From: Takakia lepidozioides
Taxonomy: Eukaryota > Plantae > Bryophyta
NCBI GenBank assembly: GCA_030704615.1
Contig: CM060731.1
Location: 91,326,001 to 91,390,000, forward strand
DNA: 64,000 bases
Reading direction: 5' to 3'
The position numbers and the translations under genes were made by a program. This document shows positions 12,525 through 23,600 of the stretch, piece after piece; position 1 is the stretch's first letter, and the number at the start of each line of letters is the position of its first letter. The notes beneath the pieces are model-generated. The model worked only from the letters and a program-made list of their open reading frames with translations. It made no database searches and was not told the DNA's origin.

Positions 12525-12611
12525 TGTCGTGCGCATACATATCGCTACACAACTACATCGCTGTCCAAACCACACCACACATATATGCACAATAAAGTAG
12601 TCTACCACAAT
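12525..12611 (-). repeat. Terminal repeat A (87 bp), outer copy
   Basis: Identical by eye to 12968-13054. Confidence 0.95.
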
Positions 12612-12965
12612 GATAACCATACTAGAAAAGGACACACTCTCAACACAAGAAATATGCAATCCCTCAACATCACTCTTTAAGATAATAGTCGAGCCAGGGG
12701 CACCCCAAGCTATGGGGACTCCACCCCACAACAACCTACACTCCCATCATAAGCACACTCAGATCTGAAGAATGCAGGAGCTCGGTCGCGCAGGCTCAAC
12801 TCGAGAGAGATGAGCCGCGCGACTGCCGCTCTCGTGAAGATAAGACGGACCAGGTGTCAAACTAAACTTGATACCTGATTTAACACTTGACCTAAATCCA
12901 AGTGTTAAATACAAATAACTAGTTTTATGCTAGCTGTTTTCACACTGTGCTTATTTAACTTGACA
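12611..12965 (-). repeat. Terminal repeat B (355 bp), 3' copy
   Basis: Matches 24600-24954 with two substitutions seen. Confidence 0.95.
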
Positions 12966-12967
12966 GC

Positions 12968-13054
12968 TGTCGTGCGCATACATATCGCTACACAACTACA
13001 TCGCTGTCCAAACCACACCACACATATATGCACAATAAAGTAGTCTACCACAAT
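12968..13054 (-). repeat. Terminal repeat A, inner copy; joined to B through palindrome GACA-GC-TGTC
   Basis: TGACA(12961-65) GC TGTCGT(12968-). Confidence 0.95.
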
Positions 13055-13063
13055 CGCCCCCCT
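13055..13063 (-). promoter_or_regulatory. Polypurine-tract-like site (AGGGGGGCG) directly upstream of the inner A repeat
   Basis: G-run at the position expected for a plus-strand primer if A-gc-B is the functional LTR. Confidence 0.55.
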
Positions 13064-13305
13064 AGCTGGTGGATAGGTCCCTCTACCTCCAGATAGCTAC
13101 AAGACGTAATAGCCATACTAAGTCCTCTATCACTGTCCCGATCGTACTCAAACTCTATAGACCAAGAGGCCGGGTACAAGAGTAGCCCCATCGTTAGTCG
13201 CCGTCTTGCAATCTGTGAACTTGAGCCAGGACTTCGTGTATTCAAGGTCTCCTGTAGCTGGGCCTTGCGTTGCTTGTTAGCCTCCCATGGTTGTATCCAC
13301 TCCCA

Positions 13306-14130
13306 CTATCCAATGCATTGTGGACATAACCAATCCCCATCTGGAACCATCTCAAGAGGTGGAGTCAAGCACCCCATATGCCAACCTCTAGAGCATCGAT
13401 CACACACCAGCATGGTGGCTGCCCCTTTAGCAGACCCACACAACATGCACCTCAAACCTGCAGATACCACTGCCAGGTTTGGGTCAACCCTGCCATCAAC
13501 ATTCGGAAGGTGACATGGCGCACAATTACGCACATGGTCCTTCCAAGTTATGCCATCCCGACCCTCCAAGACCAAGACGCCTGAGGGCAAGACCTCTCGA
13601 ACCCTCAAAATCACACGTCCTGCAGTCACATCCAGGGTCGTAGGAGCAGTCTGCTGCAGATAGACATAGTCACCAGGGTTGAATCTCCGAACCCCAGGAC
13701 GATAGCCCCCACCACGTATGGTAGCATACCTCAACGTATCACGGTGTTGTGCAATGGCAAGGTTCTCGAAAGCCATGGGCATGACTCTCTTGAACAACTC
13801 TGCACGCTGCTCACATGCACGTGCCCACACATCCGGATCGTCAAGGTTAAGAACTGTAGCAGCTTCTCTGCGAATGGATGTAGGCAAATCCGACTCTCGG
13901 CCAAAGAGAAGAAAGTATGGTGAGAAGGAGGCAAGTGATGCTTGCTTGCTGAACCTGTAGCCCATGGCTAACCAGGGTAACTGAAGGTCCCAATCTCCTA
14001 GGTGTCCCTTCTGCAAGCCATACTTGCGCAAACCCCTCTTTACTGTCTGAACAACTCTCTCTGCGAAGCCATCGGCCTCAGGATGATCCCGAGAAGTGGT
14101 GCGGTGGTCTATCAAGGCCTTGTCACACAA
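13306..14130 (-). CDS. Integrase C-terminal half plus PHD finger (frameshifted from upstream pol)
   Basis: HPEADGFAERVVQTVK (catalytic E), FSPYFLLFGR, PHD CMLC..CDRC..HMGC..WLCPQC. Confidence 0.92.
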   Translation of the reverse strand: MCDKALIDHRTTSRDHPEADGFAERVVQTVKRGLRKYGLQKGHLGDWDLQLPWLAMGYRFSKQASLASFSPYFLLFGRESDLPTSIRREAATVLNLDDPDVWARACEQRAELFKRVMPMAFENLAIAQHRDTLRYATIRGGGYRPGVRRFNPGDYVYLQQTAPTTLDVTAGRVILRVREVLPSGVLVLEGRDGITWKDHVRNCAPCHLPNVDGRVDPNLAVVSAGLRCMLCGSAKGAATMLVCDRCSRGWHMGCLTPPLEMVPDGDWLCPQCIG

Positions 14131-15665
14131 AGCCTGAAACTCCCCAAGAACTCTCTCCCTTGGTCCGTGAGTACCTCAGCTGGAGCACCGAATCGGCTAA
14201 GCACACAATCCAGGAATGCATACGCAGCTCCCTCACTAGCCTTATCAGGCAATGGAACCAATTCAATCCACTTGGAGAAGTGCTCCACCATCACCAACAC
14301 GTACTTGTTGTGGCGCATGGTCAGTGGCAACGGCCCTGCGAAGTCAAGACTCCACCTGTAGCCCAATCCCATGATCGGAAGAGGGTGCAATTGTGGAGTA
14401 GGGGCGTTGAATGAAGCACGCACCCTGTCACACACCATGCACCTAGCCACAAATTGTTGCACCTCTGTGTGCATACCACGCCACCAATACTGCCCCTGCA
14501 GTAGACTATGAGTGCGTCGCACCCCAAAATGCCCCAACTCCTCATGGGCATGCCGCACTAACCGTGCCCGCTGTGTTGGGTGAGGCACAATCCTCACTCG
14601 ACCATCCTCCCACACTCGGAGCAGGTGTGTCCCCTCCCACCTGAACCTCTTGGCTCGTTGTAGGATCCGATCCCTCTCCTTGGCAGTCATAGTGGCTGCC
14701 GTGTCTCCACTGCGGAGGTAGTCCAACACAACTGAATCCTCATGTATATCTTTGGTGCCACCCTGCTCATTGCTGGCCTCAGGGTCCTCAGACACTTGAT
14801 CTACAGTCATCCCTGTTGTAGGTCCAACCTGGCCTTCCGCTGCCAAGATACACAGAAATGCAGATGCATGCCATCCGGGCACCATCTCCTCGTCCGTCTC
14901 ACCATGCCACCGAGCTCCAGTGTCATCCTGCTGGCTCGTGCATGGATTGCGACTCAACCCATCTGCATTTTGATTGACCAAACCCGGTCGATGCACCACC
15001 TGAAAGTCATACTCTTGAAGGATGAGTGCCCACCGTGCAAGCTTCCCCGTAAGCTTGTCTGACTCCATCAACCACTTGAGTGGTTGGTGATCCGTGACAA
15101 GGGTGAAGAGGTTGCCGTATAGATAGCACCTGAAGTGTGCCACGGCCCACACTGCAGCTAAGCATTCTCCCTCATATGAGCTATACTTAGACTCTGCAGC
15201 ATTGTTCGAGCGGCTAGCATAAGCCACTACGAACTCTCTTCCCTCATCATCCACCTGTGTGAGCACCGCTCCAAGCCCCAGCATGCTCCAATCTGTATGC
15301 AGCTGAAAAGGACGCCCCCTGATAGGTCGTCTCAAGATGGGCGCCGAGGTCAACCTCGCCTTGAGCTCTTGAAAAGCTTGTTCTTGCTCATCTTCCCACT
15401 GCCACTCCTGGTCCACCTTGGTCAGCTTGGTTAGAGCCTTTGCAATGGCACTAAATCCCTTAACAAACCGTCTGTAATAGTTTGCTAACCCCATGAAAGC
15501 TCGAACTCGGCTCACATCCGTGGGGCGTGGAACCTGTGCAATGGACTCTACCTTAGTCTGCTGTACCCCCAATCCTCCAGGATATATCATGTGACCCAGA
15601 TACTCAATCTGGTTGTGGAAAAACTTGCACTTGCCCGGATGTAACTTCAATCCGTGCGTCCTCAA
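14112..15665 (-). CDS. RT C-terminus, RNase H, integrase HHCC and DD core
   Basis: IEYLGH, RAFMGLANYYRRFV, LHTDWS..GLGAVL, VTDHQPL, HEELGHFG..CMVC, SLDFAGP, LTDQGREF. Confidence 0.95.
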   Translation of the reverse strand: MRTHGLKLHPGKCKFFHNQIEYLGHMIYPGGLGVQQTKVESIAQVPRPTDVSRVRAFMGLANYYRRFVKGFSAIAKALTKLTKVDQEWQWEDEQEQAFQELKARLTSAPILRRPIRGRPFQLHTDWSMLGLGAVLTQVDDEGREFVVAYASRSNNAAESKYSSYEGECLAAVWAVAHFRCYLYGNLFTLVTDHQPLKWLMESDKLTGKLARWALILQEYDFQVVHRPGLVNQNADGLSRNPCTSQQDDTGARWHGETDEEMVPGWHASAFLCILAAEGQVGPTTGMTVDQVSEDPEASNEQGGTKDIHEDSVVLDYLRSGDTAATMTAKERDRILQRAKRFRWEGTHLLRVWEDGRVRIVPHPTQRARLVRHAHEELGHFGVRRTHSLLQGQYWWRGMHTEVQQFVARCMVCDRVRASFNAPTPQLHPLPIMGLGYRWSLDFAGPLPLTMRHNKYVLVMVEHFSKWIELVPLPDKASEGAAYAFLDCVLSRFGAPAEVLTDQGREFLGSFRLCVTRP

Positions 15666-16279
15666 GCGCTCAAATACCCCTGAAGGTGTCTCTCATGCTC
15701 CTCCACCGTAGCACTAAAGATGATGATGTCATCTATGTAGCACCGAGCAAACTCCACCCCTGCTAGAATCCTGTCCATGACTCTTTGAAACTCAGCGGGA
15801 GCGTTTTTAAGCCCAAATGGTAAGAACCGCCACTGGTACAGGCAATCCTTCCCGTGCTCATTGATCCCCCAGAATGCCGTCTTTTGCTTATCCGCCTCCT
15901 TGATCGGCAACTGGTGATATCCGGATCGTAAATCCAACGTGCTAAAGACCTTGGAATGCCCAATGGCATCAAAGATCTCCTCTGGTGTCGGCATGGCATA
16001 CCTATCGGACTTGGTCTGACGATTTACAGGCCGGTAATCACCGCACATACGTCTCTCCGTCCAATTGCCATAGACATCCTTCTTAGCTGGCATCACTGTG
16101 GCTGAAGCATACTCTCCACCAGAGAGCTCCACCAAACCTGCCTCCCAGAGATCTTGAGTCCTCATCTGAATCAAAGACCTCTCCATGTCACTGTATCTAT
16201 AGGGTCTCCGAAAGATTGGCGTGTCAGTGGCCAACTCAATACGGATCTCTTGACCCTTCAGTGCTCCCAAGTCCTTCAA
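15662..16279 (-). CDS. Reverse transcriptase core (Ty3/Gypsy)
   Basis: RMCGDYRPVN, FSTLDLRSGYHQ, LPFGLKNAPAEFQ, YIDD. Confidence 0.96.
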   Translation of the reverse strand: MKDLGALKGQEIRIELATDTPIFRRPYRYSDMERSLIQMRTQDLWEAGLVELSGGEYASATVMPAKKDVYGNWTERRMCGDYRPVNRQTKSDRYAMPTPEEIFDAIGHSKVFSTLDLRSGYHQLPIKEADKQKTAFWGINEHGKDCLYQWRFLPFGLKNAPAEFQRVMDRILAGVEFARCYIDDIIIFSATVEEHERHLQGYLSA

Positions 16280-16559
16280 ACTGAAGGCAAAGCAATTCCT
16301 GTAAGCCCTCAGGAACCGCCGTATACGTGTCTCTCTCCTCCAGTGACAATGCGTCCAATGTCAGGCTCCCAATTGTCCTCCGTAACTGCAACCTTAAGTC
16401 CAGTGGGCTTAGAGGTAGAGGACGCGTCCCGTGGTTGCTATGCTGCAACCTCTTGAGCAGTACTCCCTTCCTGCTCAGTCAATGACAAGGCCTCATCCTG
16501 CCCCATCATCTTATCATTGAGAACCTCCTCATCCCAAGAAGAATCCCCAACCTCATTCA

Positions 16560-18974
16560 TCACAGCTGCCTTGGCTGCCAACTCCCTTGAACCTCGAGCA
16601 CCTCCCACGTGTGCCATGGATGTCTACACCCCGTGGTCCTCACCGGCTCGCCCCCACTCGCTGCCTGTACCGTCTCGGTAGGCAGAGAGACCATCAAGGG
16701 AAGTGCACTCCGCACTCTACGTTGCTCAGCCATAGCCAAGCTGACAATCCAGGTCAAGCAATTGAGATCCATTGCTTGCCCCAACACCTGACGACGTGAT
16801 GCCTCAGAAAGAGATGGCACCGCCGTGGTCCCAGTGGAAAACCCCATAGCCCGCTCTCGCTCGTCGGCATTAGGCTCCACTAACTGCTGCAACTGAGCAT
16901 CCCACAGGAGGCCAGGTCCACCATCCCGAAAAGCATGGGATCCTGGGAAGCTGAGCAGTGTAGGTAATGCTGCTCGTGGGTGACCCATCCTGTTGACCAC
17001 TGCCAAAGGCGAACGGTCATCGTGTCTCACACGTTGAGACTGCCTCCCTGTGTCCAAAATGCCATCCACGGTGAGGTGTGCTGGCCGCTGCACCCCATCA
17101 AATGCACGCTTGAGCAGTGCGGGTGGCATCAAGTTAGTCCACCATAGTCGTGGACGATGAGCCCGTGACCCCACTGCAGCTGCATCCAGCAATACTGCTG
17201 ACCCAAGCCACGACCGGACTTGATGCACACTGGCCATCACCCTGGCCCGAGAATCACCCATCAGTGGCACATTCTCCAAGATGTATGCCGGAGATACAGC
17301 CTGATGAAGCTGCAAGTGGCGCAAAATCCGCACCATCTCCCAAAACAGACCCGTCCTCGAGTCTCGCAATCCATTGCCATGCCCGGCTGATGAATGCCCT
17401 TGGCAGGGCCAACCTGCCACTACCAGATCAATGGAGCCAACCCGCTCCAAATCCTGCGCCCCCAGCAACGCAATGTCTGCTGGCAAGGCTTGCTGATATC
17501 CACGAACTGCAGACACCGGCAACAACTCAGGGTGCTGCTGCACCATCTGAGCAACATGGCGCAGTGAGACGCGTCGTGCAGTCTCATCCCTCTCCACATA
17601 CAGGTAACGTCGAACTCGTACACCTGCCTGCAGCACTGCAGCCAATCCAGTGCTGATCCCGCCAAATAAGTCCAGAAGGCATATGCCTTCATCCGGCCGC
17701 TGCCACACAAGAGGTGTGGTGTCCAATGGCGACAACTGAGGTGGCCCTGGTGCAATCACCGCACTCTCCTCCTCTCCTGACGGTACAAAAGCTTCTACCC
17801 AAGCTTGTTGCACCCGTCCATCAGCAGCTTGCTGCAAATCCTTGCTCGTACCCCACAACGGAGTGTGAGCAACCATGGCAGGCAACTCCGCCGTACCATG
17901 CATGTCATCCTGCTCTGCTGGAGGTGGCACATCCTCTGCATGGGCATTGCCTTCCAGCAACTCTCCAGGCCAACTAACTGCAGCTGTGAAGGCGGCTAGT
18001 GTTGGCATCTTGCCCCGCTGGGCAGCTGCAATACCCCCAATGAATGTCACAGGGAGCTGTGCACGGCGACCATCCCCTGACTGCCATCCAGGCCTGTAGG
18101 ATGCTGACTCCTCCCAGAAATCCAGGGTGAAGCCCATGGGGTATAACACTGCCCCACCAACGAGGACATCGTAAGAGACCGCGTCTGTCACAATGGCCTT
18201 GGCTCGCATCACTGAGCCATCTACAGGATGATCCGGCTGCAGTCTAATAGCCAACTGATGCCGTGTCATGCCGCGAGCCTGCTCTGATCCTCCCAGAGAT
18301 GTCTGTATCTGGAAAGGACAAGGCTCCATATCCGCCTCCATGAGGCCCAAACCTGCAATAGCAGCTCTGCCCAACATCAGTGGCTGAGCTCCTGAGTCCA
18401 ACAAGACCCGCAGTGGCCGGTACTTCTTGCCTGCCGGTCCACTCAAAGTGAAAATGCCTCCCTGGTTGTCTAACAAGACAACTCCAGGTGTCACCATGGC
18501 GCGCTCAAAGGCTGGCCTAGCTGGCAGCTCCGTCAACCTGGCAGCTGCAGCTTGCCATGGCGCAGCCGTGGCAGTCTTGACCCTCAAATCCGAGGATCCC
18601 TCTGCCACTACACCTTCCACTAACTCCGCAGAAGATGAAGTGACCTCCCCACTCTCACAGAGTGTTGCTGCTAGTCTGAACACTGCAGCTGGTCTCACCT
18701 CCGGCGTCGCAATCATTGTTGCCGAGAACAGTGGGGCCTGACACACAGAGGTGGCTGCCCCCAATAACACACCGGCCGCACTAGCCTTGGCAGCAGGAGT
18801 CAGCTGCACGTGTAGCTCTCCCCAATGGCATAGTAACCTCCGCCTCGGTAACAGTCGGGCGAGAACTAGGTGCCATGGATGGCGTCGACACAGTCTCCGC
18901 CAATGTGAATGACTGAGGAAGCCTCGCCTGACGGCTTGCCTCCCCACGCTGTGGATCCAATTCCACCTCTGCAC
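16560..18974 (-). CDS. Aspartic protease plus DNMT3-like C5-cytosine methyltransferase (MTase ~16735-17690)
   Basis: VLLDSGAQ protease motif. LLDLFGGISTG (I), YVERD (II), DLVVAGWPCQGHS (IV), YILENV (VI), AHRPRLWWTN (VIII), ERERAMGF (IX), RRQVLGQA (X). Confidence 0.92.
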   Translation of the reverse strand: MQRWNWIHSVGRQAVRRGFLSHSHWRRLCRRHPWHLVLARLLPRRRLLCHWGELHVQLTPAAKASAAGVLLGAATSVCQAPLFSATMIATPEVRPAAVFRLAATLCESGEVTSSSAELVEGVVAEGSSDLRVKTATAAPWQAAAARLTELPARPAFERAMVTPGVVLLDNQGGIFTLSGPAGKKYRPLRVLLDSGAQPLMLGRAAIAGLGLMEADMEPCPFQIQTSLGGSEQARGMTRHQLAIRLQPDHPVDGSVMRAKAIVTDAVSYDVLVGGAVLYPMGFTLDFWEESASYRPGWQSGDGRRAQLPVTFIGGIAAAQRGKMPTLAAFTAAVSWPGELLEGNAHAEDVPPPAEQDDMHGTAELPAMVAHTPLWGTSKDLQQAADGRVQQAWVEAFVPSGEEESAVIAPGPPQLSPLDTTPLVWQRPDEGICLLDLFGGISTGLAAVLQAGVRVRRYLYVERDETARRVSLRHVAQMVQQHPELLPVSAVRGYQQALPADIALLGAQDLERVGSIDLVVAGWPCQGHSSAGHGNGLRDSRTGLFWEMVRILRHLQLHQAVSPAYILENVPLMGDSRARVMASVHQVRSWLGSAVLLDAAAVGSRAHRPRLWWTNLMPPALLKRAFDGVQRPAHLTVDGILDTGRQSQRVRHDDRSPLAVVNRMGHPRAALPTLLSFPGSHAFRDGGPGLLWDAQLQQLVEPNADERERAMGFSTGTTAVPSLSEASRRQVLGQAMDLNCLTWIVSLAMAEQRRVRSALPLMVSLPTETVQAASGGEPVRTTGCRHPWHTWEVLEVQGSWQPRQL

Positions 18975-20636
18975 CTCGTGGCTCAGGAACTCGTGCTGCT
19001 CCTCGAGTCACGGCTGCAGCAGACTCCACCTGCTCTAGTGGTAGTGCTGCTCCGCACATAAATCCCATGCCTCCCATATCTCCTCCCTCAGGAGCAGGAG
19101 GTGGACCATCCCGCCTGGGAGCCGGTACCGCCTGAGCTATAGCCATGGCAGCGAGCCTCTGCTCTAGCTGCTGAAGCCGATTGGCCATGCCTTGGTCAAC
19201 ACCCTGACCTCCGCGTCCTTGGCCATGTGGAGCTTGCCCTTGGCCTGCACCTCGTGCCCGACCACCTCGTCCTCTTTGGGCTGGTCCACCTCGCCCCCGG
19301 CCACCATTGTTCCCTTGGAACTGGCCTGGGCGCAACTCAGGATGCAAGTCATAACACTGGGCATCTCCATGCCCATACTTGCCACAATGCCCACACTGCA
19401 ACTGTGCAGGCTGTGCTTGTGCCGGCCTTTTGCCACTCTCTGGGCAATCTCTCTTGACATGGGGTCCTCCACATGTCCAACATATCACCCCTGGTTGCTG
19501 TTGGCCTGCAAAAGATGCCACGGGCCTCTGCACCTGAGGTCCCCTGTAAGCTCCATGGAACTTGGGCTGGGCAACCTTGCCCCCCTGACCACGCTGTTGG
19601 GCAGTCCCTTGTGCCTGTGGGCTGACAGCTGTGCCCGTGCAGGCATGTCCTTGCCAAATCCAATTGTAACAACTCGCTCCTCCACCATGTTGAGCTCAAT
19701 CCGCTCAGCCAGCAGAAACACATCTGCTAATGTGGGTTGGGCTGCTTGTAACAGGGTTGCATCTCGCACCCTTCTCTTGAGCTCCTTGTCCAGAATTCCA
19801 TACCAAAACTGGATTGCCTGAGCTTCAGTAACCCCTTGGGTCACACTTATCAAGCGCCTCATACGAGTGTACGCCTCTCGCAGGCTCTCACTGGGTTTGC
19901 GCTGGAAGTCTTGCAAACTTCGCAGCTTCTCTGTCCGTACACCTTGGTAGTTCCTCCGCAACTCCTGGAAGAACTCCACCACCGGGTTGAATCTAGGCAC
20001 ATGTGTTGTAGTCGTGGCAGGAGGAGTAGTAGCACCTTTTGAACTGGTACCACCTACAGAAGTACCAGCACTACTTGCTCCACTACTAGTGCTGGCAGTG
20101 GGAGCTATTGGTACTGATGCAGCTACTGGTCGCGTCGTGCCTCGAGTAATGGAGACGTAGTCAGGTGACCAATACATCCTCCACTCCTCAATCTCTGCTT
20201 CATGTCCTCGCCTGAACTCGTGGTAATCGTCCATAGGCGGGCCTTCCAAATGCTGGAACAGTCCCTTCCACGCCATGAATGGGGTGAATAGCTGTGGATT
20301 GCGCATCTGCTGCAAATCACACCAGCTGTCGAACTCCTGGATAAAGTCATCCAACTCGATTGTGCCCACAGCTCCAGAGTACCTACGAGGCCCCTTGGTA
20401 GCTCCATACATCTCCTCCATGTCGTCCCACAACAATGGCGAATGAAAGTGCACACCTGTTGATGAAGCCTCCGAGTCTGTGTCTGACTCTACAGTAGTTG
20501 AGGGTGGCGGTGAAGGTGGTCTGAACCGAATACCTCGTCTTGTGAACCCACTCTCACTGTCACTGCTTGTAGCCGTACTCCCCTCAAAACCCTTGGGTAA
20601 CTCCGTAATGACACTCACAATGTGCACCTCCTCCAC
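18781..20636 (-). CDS. Gag (capsid-like plus two zinc knuckles), split by a frameshift near 19500
   Basis: FQRKPSESLREAYTRM major-homology-like region; CWTCGGPHVKRDC and CGHCGKYGHGDAQC; RG-rich tail. Confidence 0.88.
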
Positions 20637-23600
20637 GTGACACTATAAGGCTCTAGTACTAATCTAATAGTGACACGGGTGGGCACCTGTTGCAGTCTAA
20701 GGGTCATATCCCAATGGCTCAGGGCACCTGCACCTGCATCCACCGCAAGAACTCCTACGGGTTGGCTGCGTCATCAACCAGCCTCACCATAGAGAAGAAA
20801 CACTGGGGGTCTTGCTGGTCATCACTCCAGCCTCACCACCGACAGCATAAACTCTAGGATTGGACCCCGGTGATCAAATCCGGCCCTAATCCCTATGAAA
20901 GCAAGCTGCCCACACAAAACCAACATGGCGCACAGTCAAGCATGTAGGTGTTGGGGGGGATCCAAACACAAGAAATCAAAAACATCAACACCCCCACACC
21001 AAAAATCCAGCAGAACGCGATCCTGCGAATATTCCCACCCAAAACCCGACTGACTGGCCTCCACCAAGAGAGGCTTTGGCAACTACAAGTACAAGGTAAT
21101 GAAAATATAGTACAGAGATGGAGGGGGAAGAAGAATAGAACCCGCCCAAGCAAGATCTAATCCTGAATCTATGCTATCAAACTTCCAGACTTCTTCAAAG
21201 TGCCTCGCTCTGCTTGAGGTAAGGTGTGTAGGAGGTATATCTATTGTCCAGAAACCTGCCACTAAATCTTGTCCCAAGTACAGTTAGCTCGCTCTAACCA
21301 ACCCTCCTCCTCTTTCCTGCCAGGGTGGTAGAGACAAAGCAACATCTGCTATCTTCCCGCTCACTGAACACTAAAGAAAAACAAAGTAGGGTCTGATAGT
21401 CTCTCAACTCGAAAGCTTTGAGACGGTTGCGGGTGTCTCATTGCGAATGACTGTGCATCGCCTTCAAACAGAACAATACTTGTCCTCGCTAATGAACCCC
21501 CGCCCGTGGTTGCCTTGTGCAGAGCGTGTCCGACTGCAAACACTGTCTAATGCACAAACTTGTGCAGCTCCTGCTCCTTCTGCTCCAGTACACCACGGCC
21601 TTGTGGCTGAACACCTTGGTCCCCCGGGGCTTCTTTGGGCTGTGTGTTCCAAGCCTAGCTTTCACCCCACTTTGGTTTTCACCTACAGCTGCAGAACTGC
21701 TGGCTCCAACAGAGTTCTGACTGGCCAAGGCGAATTGAGGCCCTCAATGCCAACTACAGCAGTCTGTTGTCTACTGCTAATGCCTGACTCCCAGTATGCA
21801 ATCAACTCGTCCAACTGTTCTCCACTCAAAATCAGTCTGAGTCATTGGGAAACATATAAATCGTGGCCCCTTGTGTGCACAGACTAAGAGAAGAACCTGG
21901 CCTTCAATTACGTCCTCATTCCCCCCAGCCATGCATGGAGTACATCCACCAAATTGTCTCTCATATAGACCAGCACAGGTTCTAGAGAACAGGATTGTGG
22001 ATTCTTTCATGGCACAATCACACTCTAAAATTCCATAGATTTTTAGCAGAGTCCCCAAAAACAGAAAACCAGGTAGATAGGTAGATTCCCCTTTCTGCAG
22101 CTATCCCCCAAAAACTGGGTCAAACAGAGTCCATTGACAAATATATGATGAATTTGGCTCCAAATCATTCAAATTAGATTAAAAAAAGGGTTTTTTTTTT
22201 TTTTAAAAGGTTTTCAAGTTTAAAAATTCAAAGTTACACCCAAAATATCTGGTAACTGGTTCCCGGTTCCCTAAGTTCTATATGGCATCCTAGGTTTCCC
22301 TGGCCACGTGCCTGCTGTCCCCTCCATTTCATTTGAGTTCAACAGCTCACCATGCTTGGAATCCCAACCGTCTTCTACCACAAACCGTGGGTGACGATGG
22401 AGCGGTCGTGAAGCGATTCTTCCCAGTGAACCCTCGAGAGACGAGTCCCCTGTGCACTTGCTATACACTCTCTTAATAGAGATCAAAAATCAGCAAGGAG
22501 ACACCATTGACGACACCCAGAGATCAGAGACAAGTACTTGCGCAGTTCGGAGGCCACAGCATCCCCTCTGGACACTGAGCGGGGAATAGCTGCTACACAA
22601 CAGCTCAGTCTATCGTCAGCTCCTATACCTACTAGCTTCCTGCCCCTGCCCCTCCTTCTTCACAACAAGAATTGACCGTGGATATGCGGAGAGGTGGTCT
22701 GCCTGGAATCACCATGGAAATTGCCAGATCGGGAATATCTGCGTCGGCATCAGCTATAGTGCCAGGGCACATAAACCAGATTGTAGGAAAACAGCTAGAG
22801 GAAATGCAGGTTATGCCAGCATCATCCAGACCATCCCTGCATCTTGGATATGAAATCCTCCAGCAGGGGCCGTTGCCTCCATTGCCCGACACTTGGTTAC
22901 ATGCTCAGCCAGACCTTCAAAAACCTGGCCCAAAATTCACTGGCTGCTCGGACACTGGCATGACCAAACCTCTTTAACTCCAATCAGCCTGCTACTGAGT
23001 TACGATCCCATCACCAAGCAAAACCTATTCCCAATGCCCAGTTGAGCTGCCAGTCTCGCATTCACTTTCCCCACCAAGGCAGCTGCAGTACACTGACTGT
23101 CTTAGCTCCCTCCATGACAACCTCCCGCATTTGGGCAAGTTTCAGCTTCACGGACCTCCCAGCGACTTAACAGCTGCTTCAGGTCATGGTCCTAGCTAGC
23201 GCATGCTGGGCTGGCAACCAGTTGCAGATCCTTATCGTGTTAGAAACCCCTTCACTGCTCTCTTTCCATCTCCTGACGCCATGCTCCATCCTCCAGCCAC
23301 TTCACTTGTTTCAGGCACCCAGGTCCCTATGGGCAGGTCACAAGCTCCTGTGCCAGCCCAGAACAGTGACATTCGACCCCTTCGTCTTCAGGAACAAGCT
23401 GGTAGCTTCCTTGATGTCATCAGTTTCCTGGACACTTAAACGGCAGTATGGTCGCCACCTCTGATTGAGGCAGAGCATAGTGGTGACGAAAGGAGAAGAG
23501 AACACAGACAGGAAAGAGCGAGGAAAAATAAGGGCGGAGAACTGCTCATGTCAAAAAGGTCAAAGCCAAAGAGGTCGAAACATTGTGCGAAGGGGACTGT

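Noticed and set aside
16560-18974. Host DNMT3/DRM gene
   Set aside because: Intronless, fused to a retroviral-type protease and inside the TSD-bounded element.
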